From an uncultured Novosphingobium sp. (GTDB taxonomy: Bacteria; Pseudomonadota; Alphaproteobacteria; Sphingomonadales; Sphingomonadaceae), in the NCBI GenBank assembly GCA_964413885.1, contig CAYPTU010000001.1, forward strand, positions 267,005-331,004: DNA of 64,000 nt, written 5' to 3'. A program made the position numbers and the translations under genes. This document shows positions 31,152-42,148 of the stretch, one piece after another. The notes under the pieces were generated by a model. The model did not search any database and had not been told where the DNA came from. It saw only the letters and a program-made list of their open reading frames with translations. How positions within the stretch are numbered: the first letter of the stretch is position 1; the number at the start of each line of letters is the position of its first letter.

Positions 31152-31646
31152 TTAGCGCAGACGGGCGCAGCCGACTGCGGCGGCATCCATCGCAGTCGCT
31201 GCTCCGTCAAGCGGCCAGGTGTTGGTAAAGCCGCGCCCGTCCGCACCGCGGGCGCTGATCGTCATCTCGCCCGCTGAGCGGATCGCGGAGACAATGGCTG
31301 CATCCATGCGCTGGTCGGCGGCCCAGGCATCACCGCCGCCGCCGACCAGCTTGTATCGCTGGCCGCCCAGGAACAGCGTGATCGGTGCATTGGGCATCAA
31401 CTTTCGCGATAGCCGGAAGTGGACTTGCCCGCGGACCTGTTGACGCGGCCAGGTGCCAATGGTGGCAAAGGGCTGGTAATCGCGTTTCAGCGAGGAAGGT
31501 GAGGCCATGGCGATGGCGTAGCAGCGCGGCCCGCCCGGCGCCTGCGGATCGCTGAAGGCGCCCCATTGCCCGAACATTCCCAGGCTGTCGCGGGCCAGGG
31601 CGGGAGCGGCCACCACGGCCAAGAGCAGAATCGCGCGCCGGAGCAT
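31152..31646 (-). CDS. Conserved secreted protein (invasion-associated locus B-like)
   Basis: Signal peptide, FGQWGAF, CYAI, MTISARGADG..FTNTWPLDGAATAMDAAAVGC. Confidence 0.6.
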   Translation of the reverse strand: MLRRAILLLAVVAAPALARDSLGMFGQWGAFSDPQAPGGPRCYAIAMASPSSLKRDYQPFATIGTWPRQQVRGQVHFRLSRKLMPNAPITLFLGGQRYKLVGGGGDAWAADQRMDAAIVSAIRSAGEMTISARGADGRGFTNTWPLDGAATAMDAAAVGCARLR

Positions 31647-31647
31647 T

Positions 31648-31854
31648 TCAGTCTTCGCCAATCAGATCGAGGTAGGCGACCACATCATTGTCCGTAGCGA
31701 TGAACAGGCCATCCTGCACCTCTGCCGGTTGCTGGGCAGCCACGTGCAAAGCCTCGGCCAGCGGGCCGTAAAGCAGCGTTTTGGCTGCGCCACCTTCGCA
31801 GGTACCATCAAGGTGATAAAGCCTGACCGTGGCGGTATCGTAAGTGGTGCGCAT
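31648..31854 (-). CDS. Small hypothetical protein (68 aa)
   Basis: MRTTYDTATVRLYHLDG... The ATG overlaps the upstream stop (TGATG); host-like codon usage. Confidence 0.65.
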   Translation of the reverse strand: MRTTYDTATVRLYHLDGTCEGGAAKTLLYGPLAEALHVAAQQPAEVQDGLFIATDNDVVAYLDLIGED

Positions 31855-32033
31855 CAGTCCTTGTCCCGCAAATGGGCATCGATCTGTCGGTTCTGGCGGG
31901 CTTCTTCGAGCTTGTGCAACTGGCGATCCGCCCGGCCTTGTCCGTGAACGGCGCGGTTCTGGGCTGCCTGACGCGCGGCATCGTTGCGGGCGCGGGCCTT
32001 GCGGGCCAGACGCAGGTTGATCACTTCGGCCAT
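31854..32033 (-). CDS. DUF4169-like small protein
   Basis: MAEVINLRLARKARAR...NRAVHG...LDAH-type pattern. Confidence 0.8.
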   Translation of the reverse strand: MAEVINLRLARKARARNDAARQAAQNRAVHGQGRADRQLHKLEEARQNRQIDAHLRDKD

Positions 32034-32071
32034 GGCTGTTCCATTGCAGAAACTGTGGGCGGGGAAAAGCG

Positions 32072-32557
32072 TCAGGCGTCGGGATAGGAAATCGCGATGA
32101 CCTCCCATTCCTTTTCGCCGCCGGGCAGGCGGACCCGGCGCAAGTCCCCCACGGCCGCACCACGCAAGGCGCGGGCGAGGGGCGCAGACCAGCCAATCAG
32201 GTGTTTCCCGGCATCCTGTTCATCATCGCCGATCAGGGTGACGGTGCGCTGGTTATCATCCTCGTCAACGATGATCACTGTCGCGCCGAACCAGATCCGG
32301 GTGCGCTCTTCCTGGCGGGCCGGATCGACCACCCGGCAGAACTTCATCCGCCGCGCCAGATGGGCCAGTTCGCGGTCAATTTCGCGCATCCGCTTGCGGC
32401 CATAGAGGTAATCGCCGTTTTCACTGCGGTCGCCATTGCCGGCTGCCCAGCTGACAATTTCCACAATTTGCGGGCGCTCGGTGCCCAGCAGATGATCATA
32501 GCGCGCCCGCAAGGCGGCCATCCCGGCCGGCGTAATCGGGGGGCCATCTGGTTTCAT
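32072..32557 (-). CDS. greB: Transcription elongation factor GreA/GreB family
   Basis: ITPAG, WAAGNGDRSENGDY.YG.KRMREIDR and WSAPLARAL. Confidence 0.9.
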   Translation of the reverse strand: MKPDGPPITPAGMAALRARYDHLLGTERPQIVEIVSWAAGNGDRSENGDYLYGRKRMREIDRELAHLARRMKFCRVVDPARQEERTRIWFGATVIIVDEDDNQRTVTLIGDDEQDAGKHLIGWSAPLARALRGAAVGDLRRVRLPGGEKEWEVIAISYPDA

Positions 32558-32562
32558 ACTGT

Positions 32563-34536
32563 TTAGCCCGGCGTGCGCTTGCCAAGGAAGCGGCTGAGCG
32601 GGTTGGATCCGGGCATTCGCGCCCGGTCCGGGTTCATGGTCTCATAAACAACGGCATTTTCCAGAACGTGCTGCACATAGTTGCGCGTTTCACTGAACGG
32701 GATGCGTTCGATCCAGTCGACCCAATCGATCGCGCCATTGCGCGGATCGCCATTGGCCTTGAGGATCTTGTTCACGTTGCCCGGGCCCGCGTTATACGCG
32801 GCCACGGCCAGCGGGTAGCTGCCGTTGTAGTATTCCAGCATCCGCCGGAAATAGGCATCGCCCAGCGTGATGTTGTAGGCGGCATCGCTGATAAGCGCAT
32901 CGGCACTGTATTCCAGCCCCACTTTGCTGGCCTGTTCACGCGCGGTACCGGGCATCAGCTGCATCAGCCCTCTTGCCCCGACATAGCTCATCGCATTCAT
33001 CGCGAATTGGCTTTCCTGCCGGGTGATGGCGTGGACCATGGTCCAGTTTGATCCGGCCACAACCGGGATCAGCGGATAGCCGGTCTTGTGAAATTCGCCG
33101 AAGCCGTCGGTATGCGCCGCCTGGGCCAGGATCACGGCCAGATCTCGGCGGCCCAGTTCGCGCGCCAGATCGGCCACGAGCACGTGGTCGGCCTCGGTGA
33201 TGGCCTGTTCGCTGATTTCGCGGAAAAAGCGGACACCGGTTGGCCAGTCTGTTTCGCGGGCCACTTCGCGCACAGCCATGGTCAGGGGTCGGGCGTTGAA
33301 CGCGGCGCGTTCGGCCGGGGTCGGAACCGCGCTCGGTTGCTGGTTAAAGGCTGGCAGCGAACGGCCGAGCCGCTCAAGCGAGAGCATGCCGTAAAACTGT
33401 TCGGGATAGGCTGCGGCCAATTCGAAATAGCGCTTTGCCTCGGCCGGGTTGCCGGCCTGGGCCATGGCGCGACCAGCCCAGTAATAGCCCTTCGAGCGCG
33501 TCTGCGGACTGCGGGCAGCCGCGCCATAACGGTAGAACAGCGGCGCGGCGCGGGCCGGTGCGCGCAATTCGTTCAGCGCCCGGGTGCCGCCGAGCCACAT
33601 CAGCGAGGTATAATCGTCGCGCACCTGGAATGATTCGGCGCTGACGTCGGTACCCGGGGCAAAGGTCTCATCGATGCTGGCGGCGATCCGCACGGCATTG
33701 GCCGCTTCGCTGCGGCGCGCCACGGCTAGCAGTTCTCCGATCCAGCGGCGCGGATCGCGGGGCGGGGCAACCAAAGGCGGGCGGGTGGCCAGCACCGATG
33801 CGGCCAGCGCGATCTGGCCGGTCGTGCGAAGCATCCGGACGCGATTGTAGACATAGCCAGCGTCGCGCAGCACACCGGCGCCCGGATCAAGCCCCTGAGC
33901 CCCCGGATCCTGGCCGTTGACCAAGCCCAGCCGGGCTAGGAACACTGGCCGGGCTGCCGCCGACACATAGAGCATCTGCCGCGCTGCCTGAGCCGAACTG
34001 TTGTTCCATAGCAGCGCGTCCATTCGCGCATCATGATCGGCCGGGGTCAGCACTTTGGCCAGGCGGGCTGAAAGCGCGGCCTCGCTCAGGTCGCTCATGG
34101 GCCCGCCGCGCCAGACCGCGCGGCCCAGTTCCTGCGCCTCGGGGCGGCCGAGTTCGAACAGGGCCAGCGCTTGCCGGGCCCGAGCACTGTTCGAGATGGC
34201 CGGATAGCGATCGAAAAATGCAGCGATCCGGGCGGCCGGCAGGCTTTCGCGCTCAAGCGCCCGCTCGGCATAGCTGCGCAGTTTGAGCTCATCCGGGAAG
34301 CCGGGATAGCTCAGCAGGAAACTCGCATAGTCGTTGAACGGGAACCGGTCGGAGCCGGAAAGCTGCTTCCAGCGGGCGACGGCCTGGGCCAGCGGACTGG
34401 CCGGTTGGGCCGCCTGCGCCGCACGGGCGCGGTCCCAATCTGCCCCATCCTGCGCCTGAGCAGCCGAAGGTGTCATTGCCACGCTTGCCAGCAGCAAAGC
34501 AAAAGTCGTGCGGACCATGCTGGACATTCTTGGCAA
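32563..34536 (-). CDS. Soluble lytic murein transglycosylase (Slt70-like)
   Basis: Signal peptide, AITRQESQF, GARGLMQLMPGTA, AAYNAGPG and ETRNYVQHVLEN. Divergent from dapA. Confidence 0.92.
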   Translation of the reverse strand: MPRMSSMVRTTFALLLASVAMTPSAAQAQDGADWDRARAAQAAQPASPLAQAVARWKQLSGSDRFPFNDYASFLLSYPGFPDELKLRSYAERALERESLPAARIAAFFDRYPAISNSARARQALALFELGRPEAQELGRAVWRGGPMSDLSEAALSARLAKVLTPADHDARMDALLWNNSSAQAARQMLYVSAAARPVFLARLGLVNGQDPGAQGLDPGAGVLRDAGYVYNRVRMLRTTGQIALAASVLATRPPLVAPPRDPRRWIGELLAVARRSEAANAVRIAASIDETFAPGTDVSAESFQVRDDYTSLMWLGGTRALNELRAPARAAPLFYRYGAAARSPQTRSKGYYWAGRAMAQAGNPAEAKRYFELAAAYPEQFYGMLSLERLGRSLPAFNQQPSAVPTPAERAAFNARPLTMAVREVARETDWPTGVRFFREISEQAITEADHVLVADLARELGRRDLAVILAQAAHTDGFGEFHKTGYPLIPVVAGSNWTMVHAITRQESQFAMNAMSYVGARGLMQLMPGTAREQASKVGLEYSADALISDAAYNITLGDAYFRRMLEYYNGSYPLAVAAYNAGPGNVNKILKANGDPRNGAIDWVDWIERIPFSETRNYVQHVLENAVVYETMNPDRARMPGSNPLSRFLGKRTPG

Positions 34537-34623
34537 AGGCTCCTTATCAGGCGCTGAACAACGCGGGCGTGCCAGGGTCCCGGCAGCCCTTGGCCCTATG
34601 GGCCAAGAAAAAGGATAAAGTCC

Positions 34624-35505
34624 ATGTTCTCCGGCTCGATTCCGGCTCTGATTACCCCGTTCACCACAGGTTCGGTGGATGAAGCCGCATTTCGCCGGCT
34701 GGTGGACTGGCAGATTACCGAAGGTTCATCCGCGCTGGTGCCCTGTGGAACGACCGGCGAAGCCCCGACCCTGACGAATGACGAACAGCATCGCCTTTTT
34801 GCCGTGACCGTCGAGGCGGCGGCCGGACGGGTGCCTGTGATCGCCGGTTGCGGCAGCAACGATACCCAGACCGCGCTTTGGCATATGCAGGAGGCCAAGG
34901 CTCTGGGCGCCAATGCTGCCCTTATGGTCGCACCCTATTACAACCGCCCGAGCCAGGCCGGTCTGCTGGCCCATTTCAGCTACCTTGCCGAACGGGTTGA
35001 CCTGCCAATCGTGCTTTACAACGTGCCGGGTCGCACGGTTACCGACATCAAGCCCGAAACCGCGATTGAACTGGCCCGCCGCTTCCCTGACCGCATCATC
35101 GGTATCAAGGATGCCAGCGGCGATATGACCCGGCTGACCGCGCACCGGATCGCGCTGGGAACCGGGTTCGTCCAGCTGTGCGGCAATGATGACATGGCGC
35201 TGCAATACAACGCCGGGGGCGGCCGCGGCTGCATTTCGGTGACGGCCAACGTTGCGCCGCGGCTCTGCGCCGAATTTCAGGCGGCCAGCCTTAACGGCGA
35301 TCTGGCCAGGGCGCACGAACTGAACGAACGGCTGTTCCCGCTGCACCAGGCGCTGTTTACCGATGCTTCGCCGGGGCCGGTCAAGTATGCGCTCAGCCGG
35401 ATTTGCGATTGGCTGGGTGAAGACGTGCGCCTGCCGCTGGTCGCGTGCAGCGCCGCCGCCCGTGACGCCGTTGATGCTGCCTTGGCGCACGCTGGGCTGG
35501 TTTGA
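34624..35505 (+). CDS. dapA: 4-hydroxy-tetrahydrodipicolinate synthase
   Basis: GTTGE, PYYNRP, LYNVPGRT, GIKDA and PGPVKYA. Confidence 0.95.
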   Translation: MFSGSIPALITPFTTGSVDEAAFRRLVDWQITEGSSALVPCGTTGEAPTLTNDEQHRLFAVTVEAAAGRVPVIAGCGSNDTQTALWHMQEAKALGANAALMVAPYYNRPSQAGLLAHFSYLAERVDLPIVLYNVPGRTVTDIKPETAIELARRFPDRIIGIKDASGDMTRLTAHRIALGTGFVQLCGNDDMALQYNAGGGRGCISVTANVAPRLCAEFQAASLNGDLARAHELNERLFPLHQALFTDASPGPVKYALSRICDWLGEDVRLPLVACSAAARDAVDAALAHAGLV

Positions 35506-35587
35506 CGATCCGTTCGGCGAATTCCGCAGGAATTTAGTGGGTCCCCCGGTTTCCTTTTGAGCGAACCGGGCCTACATGGCCGGGATA

Positions 35588-36070
35588 ATGGCCCGTCCTA
35601 CCCACGCTGCATTCGACAAGAAAAAAGTGGTCGCCGAAAACCGGCGGGCACGGTTCGATTATCATATCGAGGATACGACCGAGGCCGGGATCGCCCTGAC
35701 CGGGACCGAGGTGAAGAGCCTGCGGTTTGGCGAAGGTTCGATTGCGGAAGCCTACGCCGAGGTCAAGGATGGCGAGGTCTGGCTGATCAATTCCAACGTG
35801 CCGGAATTCAGCCACGGCAACCGCTTCAACCACGTGCCCAAGCGGCCGCGCAAGCTGCTGCTGCACGAGCGCGAGATTGCGCGGTTCACCGGTGCGGTGG
35901 AGCGCAAGGGCATGACGTTGGTCCCGCTGTCGATCTATTTCAACGGTCGCGGGCGCGCCAAGGTCGAACTGGCTCTGGCGAAGGGCAAGAACTCCGCAGA
36001 CAAGCGCGCGACGATCAAGGAGCGGGACTGGAAGCGCGATCAGGCCCGGATCATGCGGGAACATAAATGA
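35588..36070 (+). CDS. smpB: SsrA-binding protein
   Basis: [32 protein letters not shown] and [11 protein letters not shown]. Confidence 0.97.
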   Translation: MARPTHAAFDKKKVVAENRRARFDYHIEDTTEAGIALTGTEVKSLRFGEGSIAEAYAEVKDGEVWLINSNVPEFSHGNRFNHVPKRPRKLLLHEREIARFTGAVERKGMTLVPLSIYFNGRGRAKVELALAKGKNSADKRATIKERDWKRDQARIMREHK

Positions 36071-36648
36071 CCGACCTGTCATCCCGCATCACCCGCTGGG
36101 CCCGCGCCAATATGCCCCGGCGCGAAGAGCTGGAACACAATCGCTGGATTGGCCCCTTCGCCCGTCGGCCAGAACTGTGGCGATTCACCCGCCGGTCGGT
36201 GCCGCGCGGGGTGGCAGTGGGCTTGCTGGTTGGCATTTTCGCGCTGATCCCGGGCATCCAGATCGTTGGGGCCGCGCTGATGTGCGTTCCTTCACGCGGC
36301 AACATTCCGCTTGCGGCGCTGATGACCTTTCTTTCCAATCCGGCCACGACGCCGTTCATCATCGCCGGTTCGATCTGGCTGGGTAACAAGTTGGGCTTTC
36401 ACGCCGATCCGGAGACTTTTCATGCGCTCTATGCACGCGGCGCCGGGATCGGTGAATGGGCCAGCTGGCTATTGTCCGATGCTGCACCGGCCATGCTGCT
36501 GGGCCTGTTCATCGTTTCGACGGTGACGGCCGCGGTTGGTTATCTCGTCTCTGCATTCACCTGGAACAGCTGGGTGCGGCGCAAGCGCCGCGCCGCCCAA
36601 GAGCGGTTGATCGCCCAGCGCCAGGTGCAGGAGCCGGTCCGGCCGTGA
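36067..36648 (+). CDS. DUF2062-like membrane protein
   Basis: [23 protein letters not shown] and FLSNPAT. Confidence 0.8.
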   Translation: MTDLSSRITRWARANMPRREELEHNRWIGPFARRPELWRFTRRSVPRGVAVGLLVGIFALIPGIQIVGAALMCVPSRGNIPLAALMTFLSNPATTPFIIAGSIWLGNKLGFHADPETFHALYARGAGIGEWASWLLSDAAPAMLLGLFIVSTVTAAVGYLVSAFTWNSWVRRKRRAAQERLIAQRQVQEPVRP

Positions 36649-39074
36649 GCGGGTCAGGCTCCCGCATGAAGTCGAGTGGGGGTGAGCGGCTGGTACTGGG
36701 CGCTGCCTTTGCCATAAGCCTCGGTCTGGTCTGGCTCGCCAGTGGCCAGGCCATAGTGCTTGCCGCCTTCGCTGCCGGCCTGGTCAGTCTTGGCGGTCTG
36801 GTCTGGGTACTGGCGCGGCCCAAGCCGGTTTCGCAAGAGGTCGAATATGCCTTGCCGGACTGGTCGGTAACGATCGCGGCAATTGATCGGCCAGACTGCG
36901 CCGTGGCCATCACCGATCGTGCGGGGCGGCTGGTCTGCGCCAACCGCGCCTTCGAAAGCTGGTTCACGACCAATCATGCCCCGCCGCGGTTGCCGGTGGA
37001 CAATGCCTCGCTCGACCGGTTGGCCAAGGTGGCCCGATCGGGTTGGCGCGATGGCGAGGGCAAGGCCGATCTGATTGAAAACGAGAGCGGCCGCTGGAGC
37101 GTGCAGGTGCAGCGCGCGGGCCGGGGCGATGATTTCCTGGTCTGGACAATCGCGCCGCTATCCAACCCCGATCCGGTGGCAGCGCTGGTGCCGCACCTTG
37201 ATGGCAAGCTGGGGCGCGCGCTGGCGGCGGCAGGCATGGCCGCCGCAATTGTCGATCCCGATGGCAAGATTCGCGCGGCCAGTGCGGGCTTTGCGGCGCG
37301 CGCGACGGGGGACCCCGCAGCCTTGCTGACCGGGCAGGAGTTTACCGCCTTCTTGCGCCAGGACGACCGCGATCAGGTTACCTGGGCGCGCGAGGGGCGG
37401 CGCGGCAATCCGCTGACGATGTACTACCTGCCGGTGCGCGATCCCGATGCCCCCGGTGCGGTTGACTATGCTGCGACCCCCTCGCTGATGCTGCTGGTTG
37501 AGGCGGGCGTTGGCATCAGTGGTGGTGCGGTTGAAGGAGCGGCGGCGGTGCCGCATCTTGAAGCGCTGTTGGGCAACCTGCCGCTCGGTCTGGCCATGGC
37601 CGATCGCGATGGGCGGTTGCTGTTTGCCAACCCCGCCTTCATGCGTGCCGCTGGCCGTGAAGGGGAGGCCCCGCCAACCTACCCAACTGACCTTGTGGTG
37701 CAGGAAGACAAGGGCGCGATCTCTGATGCGATCCGCCGCTTTGCCCAGGGTCCCTCGGCCGCGGGCGATCTTGCCGTTCGCCTTCGTACCCAGCCAGAGG
37801 ATCCGGTTACGCTCAGCCTCGCCGGAGTGCGGGGGCTGGGTGAGGCGGCCGTGCTGCTGAGCATCTCTGACAGCACCGAGGAAGCCCGGCTCAAGCGCCA
37901 GGTCGCCCAGGCCACCAAGATGCAGGCCGTTGGCCAGCTGGCGGGTGGTGTAGCCCACGATTTCAACAATGTGCTGACCGCGATCCTTGGGACCTGTGAC
38001 CTGATGTTGCTGCGCCATACGCCGGGTGACAGCGACTATGACGATATCCAGCAGATCCGCGCCAATTCAAACCGCGCCGCCAGCCTGACCCGGCAGTTGC
38101 TCGCCTTCAGCCGGCAGCAGACCCTGCGGCCCGAAGTGCTGCAATTGCCTGATGTGGTGCAGGATGTTTCCGCCCTGCTGAAGCGCCTGATCGGTGAGAA
38201 GGTGAAGCTCAGCGTGACCCACGACCGGGATTTGGGGGCCGTGCGTGCCGATCCCAGCCAGTTGGAGCAGGTCATCGTCAATTTGGTGGTGAACGCCCGC
38301 GATGCGATCCTTTCAAAGGGTGAGATTGGCGGCGGACGGATCACCTTGGCCACGCGCGGCGTTACGGCGGCAGATGTGCGGGCGATGCGCAGCGTGATCA
38401 TGCCGCAGGTCGATTATACTGCGCTGGTGGTGGAAGACACCGGCACCGGCATTGCCCCTGATTACCTAGGCAAGATCTTCGAGCCGTTCTTTACCACCAA
38501 GGAACAGGGCAAGGGCACGGGCCTTGGCCTTTCGACCGTTTACGGGATCGTGAAGCAATCGGGCGGTTTCATCTTTGCCGATAGCGAAGTGGGCAAGGGT
38601 ACCCGCTTTACGGTCTATCTGCCGGTCCACCACGCCTCGCCAGAGGAACTCGCCGCCAAGACCACCCGCGCCGAACCCGTGGCGCAATGGGCCGGGGGCG
38701 GGCGGGTGCTGCTGGTCGAGGATGAGGACATGGTTCGTGCCGTGGCCGAACGCGCGCTGACCCGCGCCGGCTATACCGTGACCTCCGCCGCCGATGGCGA
38801 CGAGGGGCTGGCCTATGTCGAGCAAGGCGCCGAGTTCGATCTCGTGCTGTCGGACGTGGTCATGCCGGGCATGGATGGTCCGGCCATGGTGCGTGAAATC
38901 CGCGCCCGCCACCCGGCGCTGCCGGTGCTGTTCATGTCTGGCTATGCCGAAGAACAGCTGCGCAAGGAAATCAACATTGCCGACGTTCATTTCCTGCCCA
39001 AACCGTTCACGGTGCAGCAGGTGACTGACAAGGTGGGCGGCGTTCTCGCGGCCACACGGATTGACGGCAGCTGA
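36645..39074 (+). CDS. cckA: Hybrid sensor histidine kinase CckA (TM-PAS-HisKA-HATPase-REC)
   Basis: ATKMQAVGQLAGGVAHDFNNVLT, LTRQLLAFSRQQTLRP, FEPFFTTKE.GKGTGLGLSTVYGIVKQSGG and a C-terminal receiver domain. Lies upstream of recA. Confidence 0.93.
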   Translation: MSGSGSRMKSSGGERLVLGAAFAISLGLVWLASGQAIVLAAFAAGLVSLGGLVWVLARPKPVSQEVEYALPDWSVTIAAIDRPDCAVAITDRAGRLVCANRAFESWFTTNHAPPRLPVDNASLDRLAKVARSGWRDGEGKADLIENESGRWSVQVQRAGRGDDFLVWTIAPLSNPDPVAALVPHLDGKLGRALAAAGMAAAIVDPDGKIRAASAGFAARATGDPAALLTGQEFTAFLRQDDRDQVTWAREGRRGNPLTMYYLPVRDPDAPGAVDYAATPSLMLLVEAGVGISGGAVEGAAAVPHLEALLGNLPLGLAMADRDGRLLFANPAFMRAAGREGEAPPTYPTDLVVQEDKGAISDAIRRFAQGPSAAGDLAVRLRTQPEDPVTLSLAGVRGLGEAAVLLSISDSTEEARLKRQVAQATKMQAVGQLAGGVAHDFNNVLTAILGTCDLMLLRHTPGDSDYDDIQQIRANSNRAASLTRQLLAFSRQQTLRPEVLQLPDVVQDVSALLKRLIGEKVKLSVTHDRDLGAVRADPSQLEQVIVNLVVNARDAILSKGEIGGGRITLATRGVTAADVRAMRSVIMPQVDYTALVVEDTGTGIAPDYLGKIFEPFFTTKEQGKGTGLGLSTVYGIVKQSGGFIFADSEVGKGTRFTVYLPVHHASPEELAAKTTRAEPVAQWAGGGRVLLVEDEDMVRAVAERALTRAGYTVTSAADGDEGLAYVEQGAEFDLVLSDVVMPGMDGPAMVREIRARHPALPVLFMSGYAEEQLRKEINIADVHFLPKPFTVQQVTDKVGGVLAATRIDGS

Positions 39075-39110
39075 TTGATGGATAGCGTAGTAATCGTAGC
39101 AATTTAACGC

Positions 39111-39142
39111 GTTCTAAATTTGTTCTAGTTCCCCTCTTGTTC
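39111..39142 (+). promoter_or_regulatory. Two tandem LexA (SOS) boxes upstream of recA
   Basis: GTTC-TAAATTT-GTTC (39111-39125) and GTTC-CCCTCTT-GTTC (39128-39142). Confidence 0.9.
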
Positions 39143-39214
39143 TCACGGAACAGATCGGGTACACCGAGTCGCAGTTGACCTGCTTGGTCGGCTGGTTAGG
39201 CAAGGGGACGAACG

Positions 39215-40282
39215 ATGGGTGCACAACTCAAGCTGATACAGGAAGGCAAGGACACCATGGACCGTCAAAAGGCGCTGGAAGCGGCGCTGGCCCAGATTGA
39301 TCGCGCGTTTGGCAAGGGCAGCGCGATGAAGCTCGGCTCGAAGGAGACGATGGAGGTTGAAGCAATCTCCACCGGGTCGCTCGGCCTCGATATCGCGCTT
39401 GGCATCGGCGGTCTGCCGCGCGGCCGCGTGATTGAGGTTTACGGGCCGGAAAGCTCGGGCAAGACCACACTGGCGCTGCACGTTATCGCCGAAGCGCAGA
39501 AGAGCGGCGGCACGGCAGCCTTCATCGACGCAGAACACGCGCTCGATCCGGTCTATGCGAAGAAGCTGGGCGTCAACATCGATGAACTGATCGTCTCGCA
39601 GCCCGATACGGGTGAGCAGGCGCTGGAAATCACCGATACGCTCGTCCGCTCGAACGCGATCGACGTGCTGGTGGTCGACTCGGTCGCCGCACTGGTGCCG
39701 CGGGCTGAAATCGAAGGCGAAATGGGCGATAGCCACGTCGGCCTCCAGGCCCGCCTGATGAGCCAGAGCCTGCGCAAGCTGACCGGTTCGATCAGCCGTT
39801 CGCGCTGCATGGTGATCTTCATCAACCAGCTGCGCATGAAGATCGGCGTGATGTACGGCAACCCGGAAACCACCACCGGCGGCAATGCGCTGAAGTTCTA
39901 TGCTTCGGTCCGGCTCGACATTCGCCGGACCGGCCAGATCAAGGATCGCGACGATATCGTCGGCAACTCGACCCGCGTGAAGGTGGTCAAGAACAAGGTG
40001 GCCCCGCCGTTCAAGCAGGTCGAATTCGACATCATGTATGGCGAAGGCATTTCGAAGATCGGCGAAATTCTCGATCTCGGTGTCAAGGCCGGCATCGTCG
40101 AGAAGTCGGGCGCGTGGTTCTCCTACGATTCGATCCGGATCGGCCAGGGCCGCGAGAACGCCAAGCAATACCTCAAGGACAACCCAGAGCTCTGCGACCG
40201 GCTGGAGGCTGCGATCCGCGGCCAGACCGAAGGTCTTGCCGGGGAGATGATGACGGGTCCGGGTGCGGACGACGACATGTAA
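39215..40282 (+). CDS. recA: Recombinase A
   Basis: [33 protein letters not shown] and [10 protein letters not shown]. Confidence 0.98.
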   Translation: MGAQLKLIQEGKDTMDRQKALEAALAQIDRAFGKGSAMKLGSKETMEVEAISTGSLGLDIALGIGGLPRGRVIEVYGPESSGKTTLALHVIAEAQKSGGTAAFIDAEHALDPVYAKKLGVNIDELIVSQPDTGEQALEITDTLVRSNAIDVLVVDSVAALVPRAEIEGEMGDSHVGLQARLMSQSLRKLTGSISRSRCMVIFINQLRMKIGVMYGNPETTTGGNALKFYASVRLDIRRTGQIKDRDDIVGNSTRVKVVKNKVAPPFKQVEFDIMYGEGISKIGEILDLGVKAGIVEKSGAWFSYDSIRIGQGRENAKQYLKDNPELCDRLEAAIRGQTEGLAGEMMTGPGADDDM

Positions 40283-40340
40283 TCTCCCCCGGGGAGGGTG
40301 CCCTCGTCCCCCAAAACCCGGGTTGCCCTCCACGAAACAG

Positions 40341-40384
40341 GACCGGCGCGGCGTGCCTTATCAGGCTCCGCGCCGGTCTTTTCG
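40341..40384 (+). terminator. Intrinsic terminator after recA
   Basis: GACCGGCGCGG ... CCGCGCCGGTC followed by TTTTCGTTT. Confidence 0.7.
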
Positions 40385-40481
40385 TTTCGGGTCAGGACCC
40401 GAGTTGCTTTTCAACCCGTGATGGGGCCAAGATCGCCGCAAAGGGGTTTCGTGCCTCCACACCCAACCCTACGCAGGCATC

Positions 40482-41291
40482 ATGATCACACCAAGCTTTC
40501 ACCTCATCGGCTTGCCGACTGACTGCAATTCCTCCTTCGCGCGCGGACCGGCGGAGGCTCCTGCCGCGATCCGCGAAGCCCTGTGGAGTGATCGCGGCAA
40601 TCTTGCTGCCGAAGATGGCCAGGAAATTGGTCATGATTTCCTGCTCGAAGATCACGGCGACTTGCCTCTGATTGAAGCCGCTGCGGATGATGCGACCATC
40701 ACCACCGCCGTAACCGCCAGTCTGGCTTCGGGCAGCATTCCGATCCTGCTCGGCGGCGATCACGCCGTGTCCTTCCCGATCGTTCAGGCCATTGCCGCCA
40801 AACATGGGCCGGTCAACATTCTCCATTTTGATGCCCACCCGGACATCTACGATGATTTTGAGGGCAACCCGCGTAGCCACGCTTCACCATTTGCCCGCAT
40901 CCTCGAAGGCGGGCTGTGCCGCCGGCTCGTCCAGGTTGGCATTCGTACGCTCAACCGCCATTGCCGGGAACAGGCGGCTCGGTTCGGAGTGGAGATCGTG
41001 CCGATGGCTGATTTCTCGCCGGGCAAGGTCCCTGTTCTGGATGGACCGCTATACATTTCGCTGGATCTGGACGGTTTCGATCCATCCGAGGCACCTGGTG
41101 TGTCGCACCCAGAGCCGGGTGGCCTGCGCGTTCGAGAAGTGCTTTCGATACTCCACGCCCAGACCGGTCAGATCGTGGGTGCTGACATTGTCGAGCTTAA
41201 TCCGCGCTTCGACGCCCATGATCGCACCGCCATCCTGGCGGCGAAATTGGTGCGCGAAGTCGCTGCCACCGCATCGCGAAACCTGCGATAG
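40482..41291 (+). CDS. Agmatinase/arginase-family ureohydrolase
   Basis: GGDHAVS, HFDAHPD, SHASPF, SLDLDGFDP..APG and DIVELNP. Confidence 0.9.
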   Translation: MITPSFHLIGLPTDCNSSFARGPAEAPAAIREALWSDRGNLAAEDGQEIGHDFLLEDHGDLPLIEAAADDATITTAVTASLASGSIPILLGGDHAVSFPIVQAIAAKHGPVNILHFDAHPDIYDDFEGNPRSHASPFARILEGGLCRRLVQVGIRTLNRHCREQAARFGVEIVPMADFSPGKVPVLDGPLYISLDLDGFDPSEAPGVSHPEPGGLRVREVLSILHAQTGQIVGADIVELNPRFDAHDRTAILAAKLVREVAATASRNLR

Positions 41292-41329
41292 CGGTTGTGC
41301 AAAGCGTGCGATCGACCTAGCCTTAAGGT

Positions 41330-42148
41330 ATGACGACAGAGATGGATTGGCGCGCGCAGGTCGGGCGCAGCTGGGCGCAGAATTATGCGCTGACTGACCG
41401 CTCTTTCGCCGGGCTAACGCAAATGCTGCTCGATCGGGCTGCGCCGCTGGTGGGCAGGGCGGTGCTCGATATTGGCTGCGGTGCGGGCGAGCTGGCTCTG
41501 GCTCTGGCGCGGCAGAACCCCGGCGCGGCGGTGTTGGGGGTAGATATCTCCCAAGACCTGATCGCGGTGGCGCAGGGCCGCGCCGCAGACCTTCCGAACC
41601 TCGATTTCATCGAAGCCGACGCGGCGACCTGGCGCGATCCCGCATTTGCTGCTGACCTCGTTGTGTCGCGGCACGGCGTCATGTTCTTTGGTGATCCTCC
41701 CGCGGCCTTCGCCAATATCCGGGCAGGAACTGCCGCCGGGGCGCGGCTGCTCTTTTCATGCTTTCGCACCCCGGGTGAAAACGCTTGGGCCGCGGGTCTG
41801 GCCGAAATCCTTGGCCTGCCGCCGGCTGCGAATCCCCGCGGACCCGGGCCTTTCGCCTTTGCTGAAATGGCCCACGTCGAAGCGATTCTTTCGGCAGCCG
41901 GGTGGCGCGACATTGCCTTCGAAGCAGCCGATTTCGCCTATGTCTGCGGCACGGGCGAGGATCCGGTTGAAGATGCGCTGGACTTCTTCCGCCGCATCGG
42001 CCCGGCCGCGCCGCATCTGCGGAGCCTGGAAGGGGATAGCCGGGCCAGTGCGGAAGCGCGGATTCGTGAATGGCTGGAACGGCATCGCAGCGGCAACCTG
42101 ATTGCCATGGCCGCCGCGGCGTGGATCGTGACGGCGCGGCGCGATTAG
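41330..42148 (+). CDS. Class I SAM-dependent methyltransferase
   Basis: VLDIGCGAG, GVDIS and SRHGVMFF.DP..AF.NI. Confidence 0.88.
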   Translation: MTTEMDWRAQVGRSWAQNYALTDRSFAGLTQMLLDRAAPLVGRAVLDIGCGAGELALALARQNPGAAVLGVDISQDLIAVAQGRAADLPNLDFIEADAATWRDPAFAADLVVSRHGVMFFGDPPAAFANIRAGTAAGARLLFSCFRTPGENAWAAGLAEILGLPPAANPRGPGPFAFAEMAHVEAILSAAGWRDIAFEAADFAYVCGTGEDPVEDALDFFRRIGPAAPHLRSLEGDSRASAEARIREWLERHRSGNLIAMAAAAWIVTARRD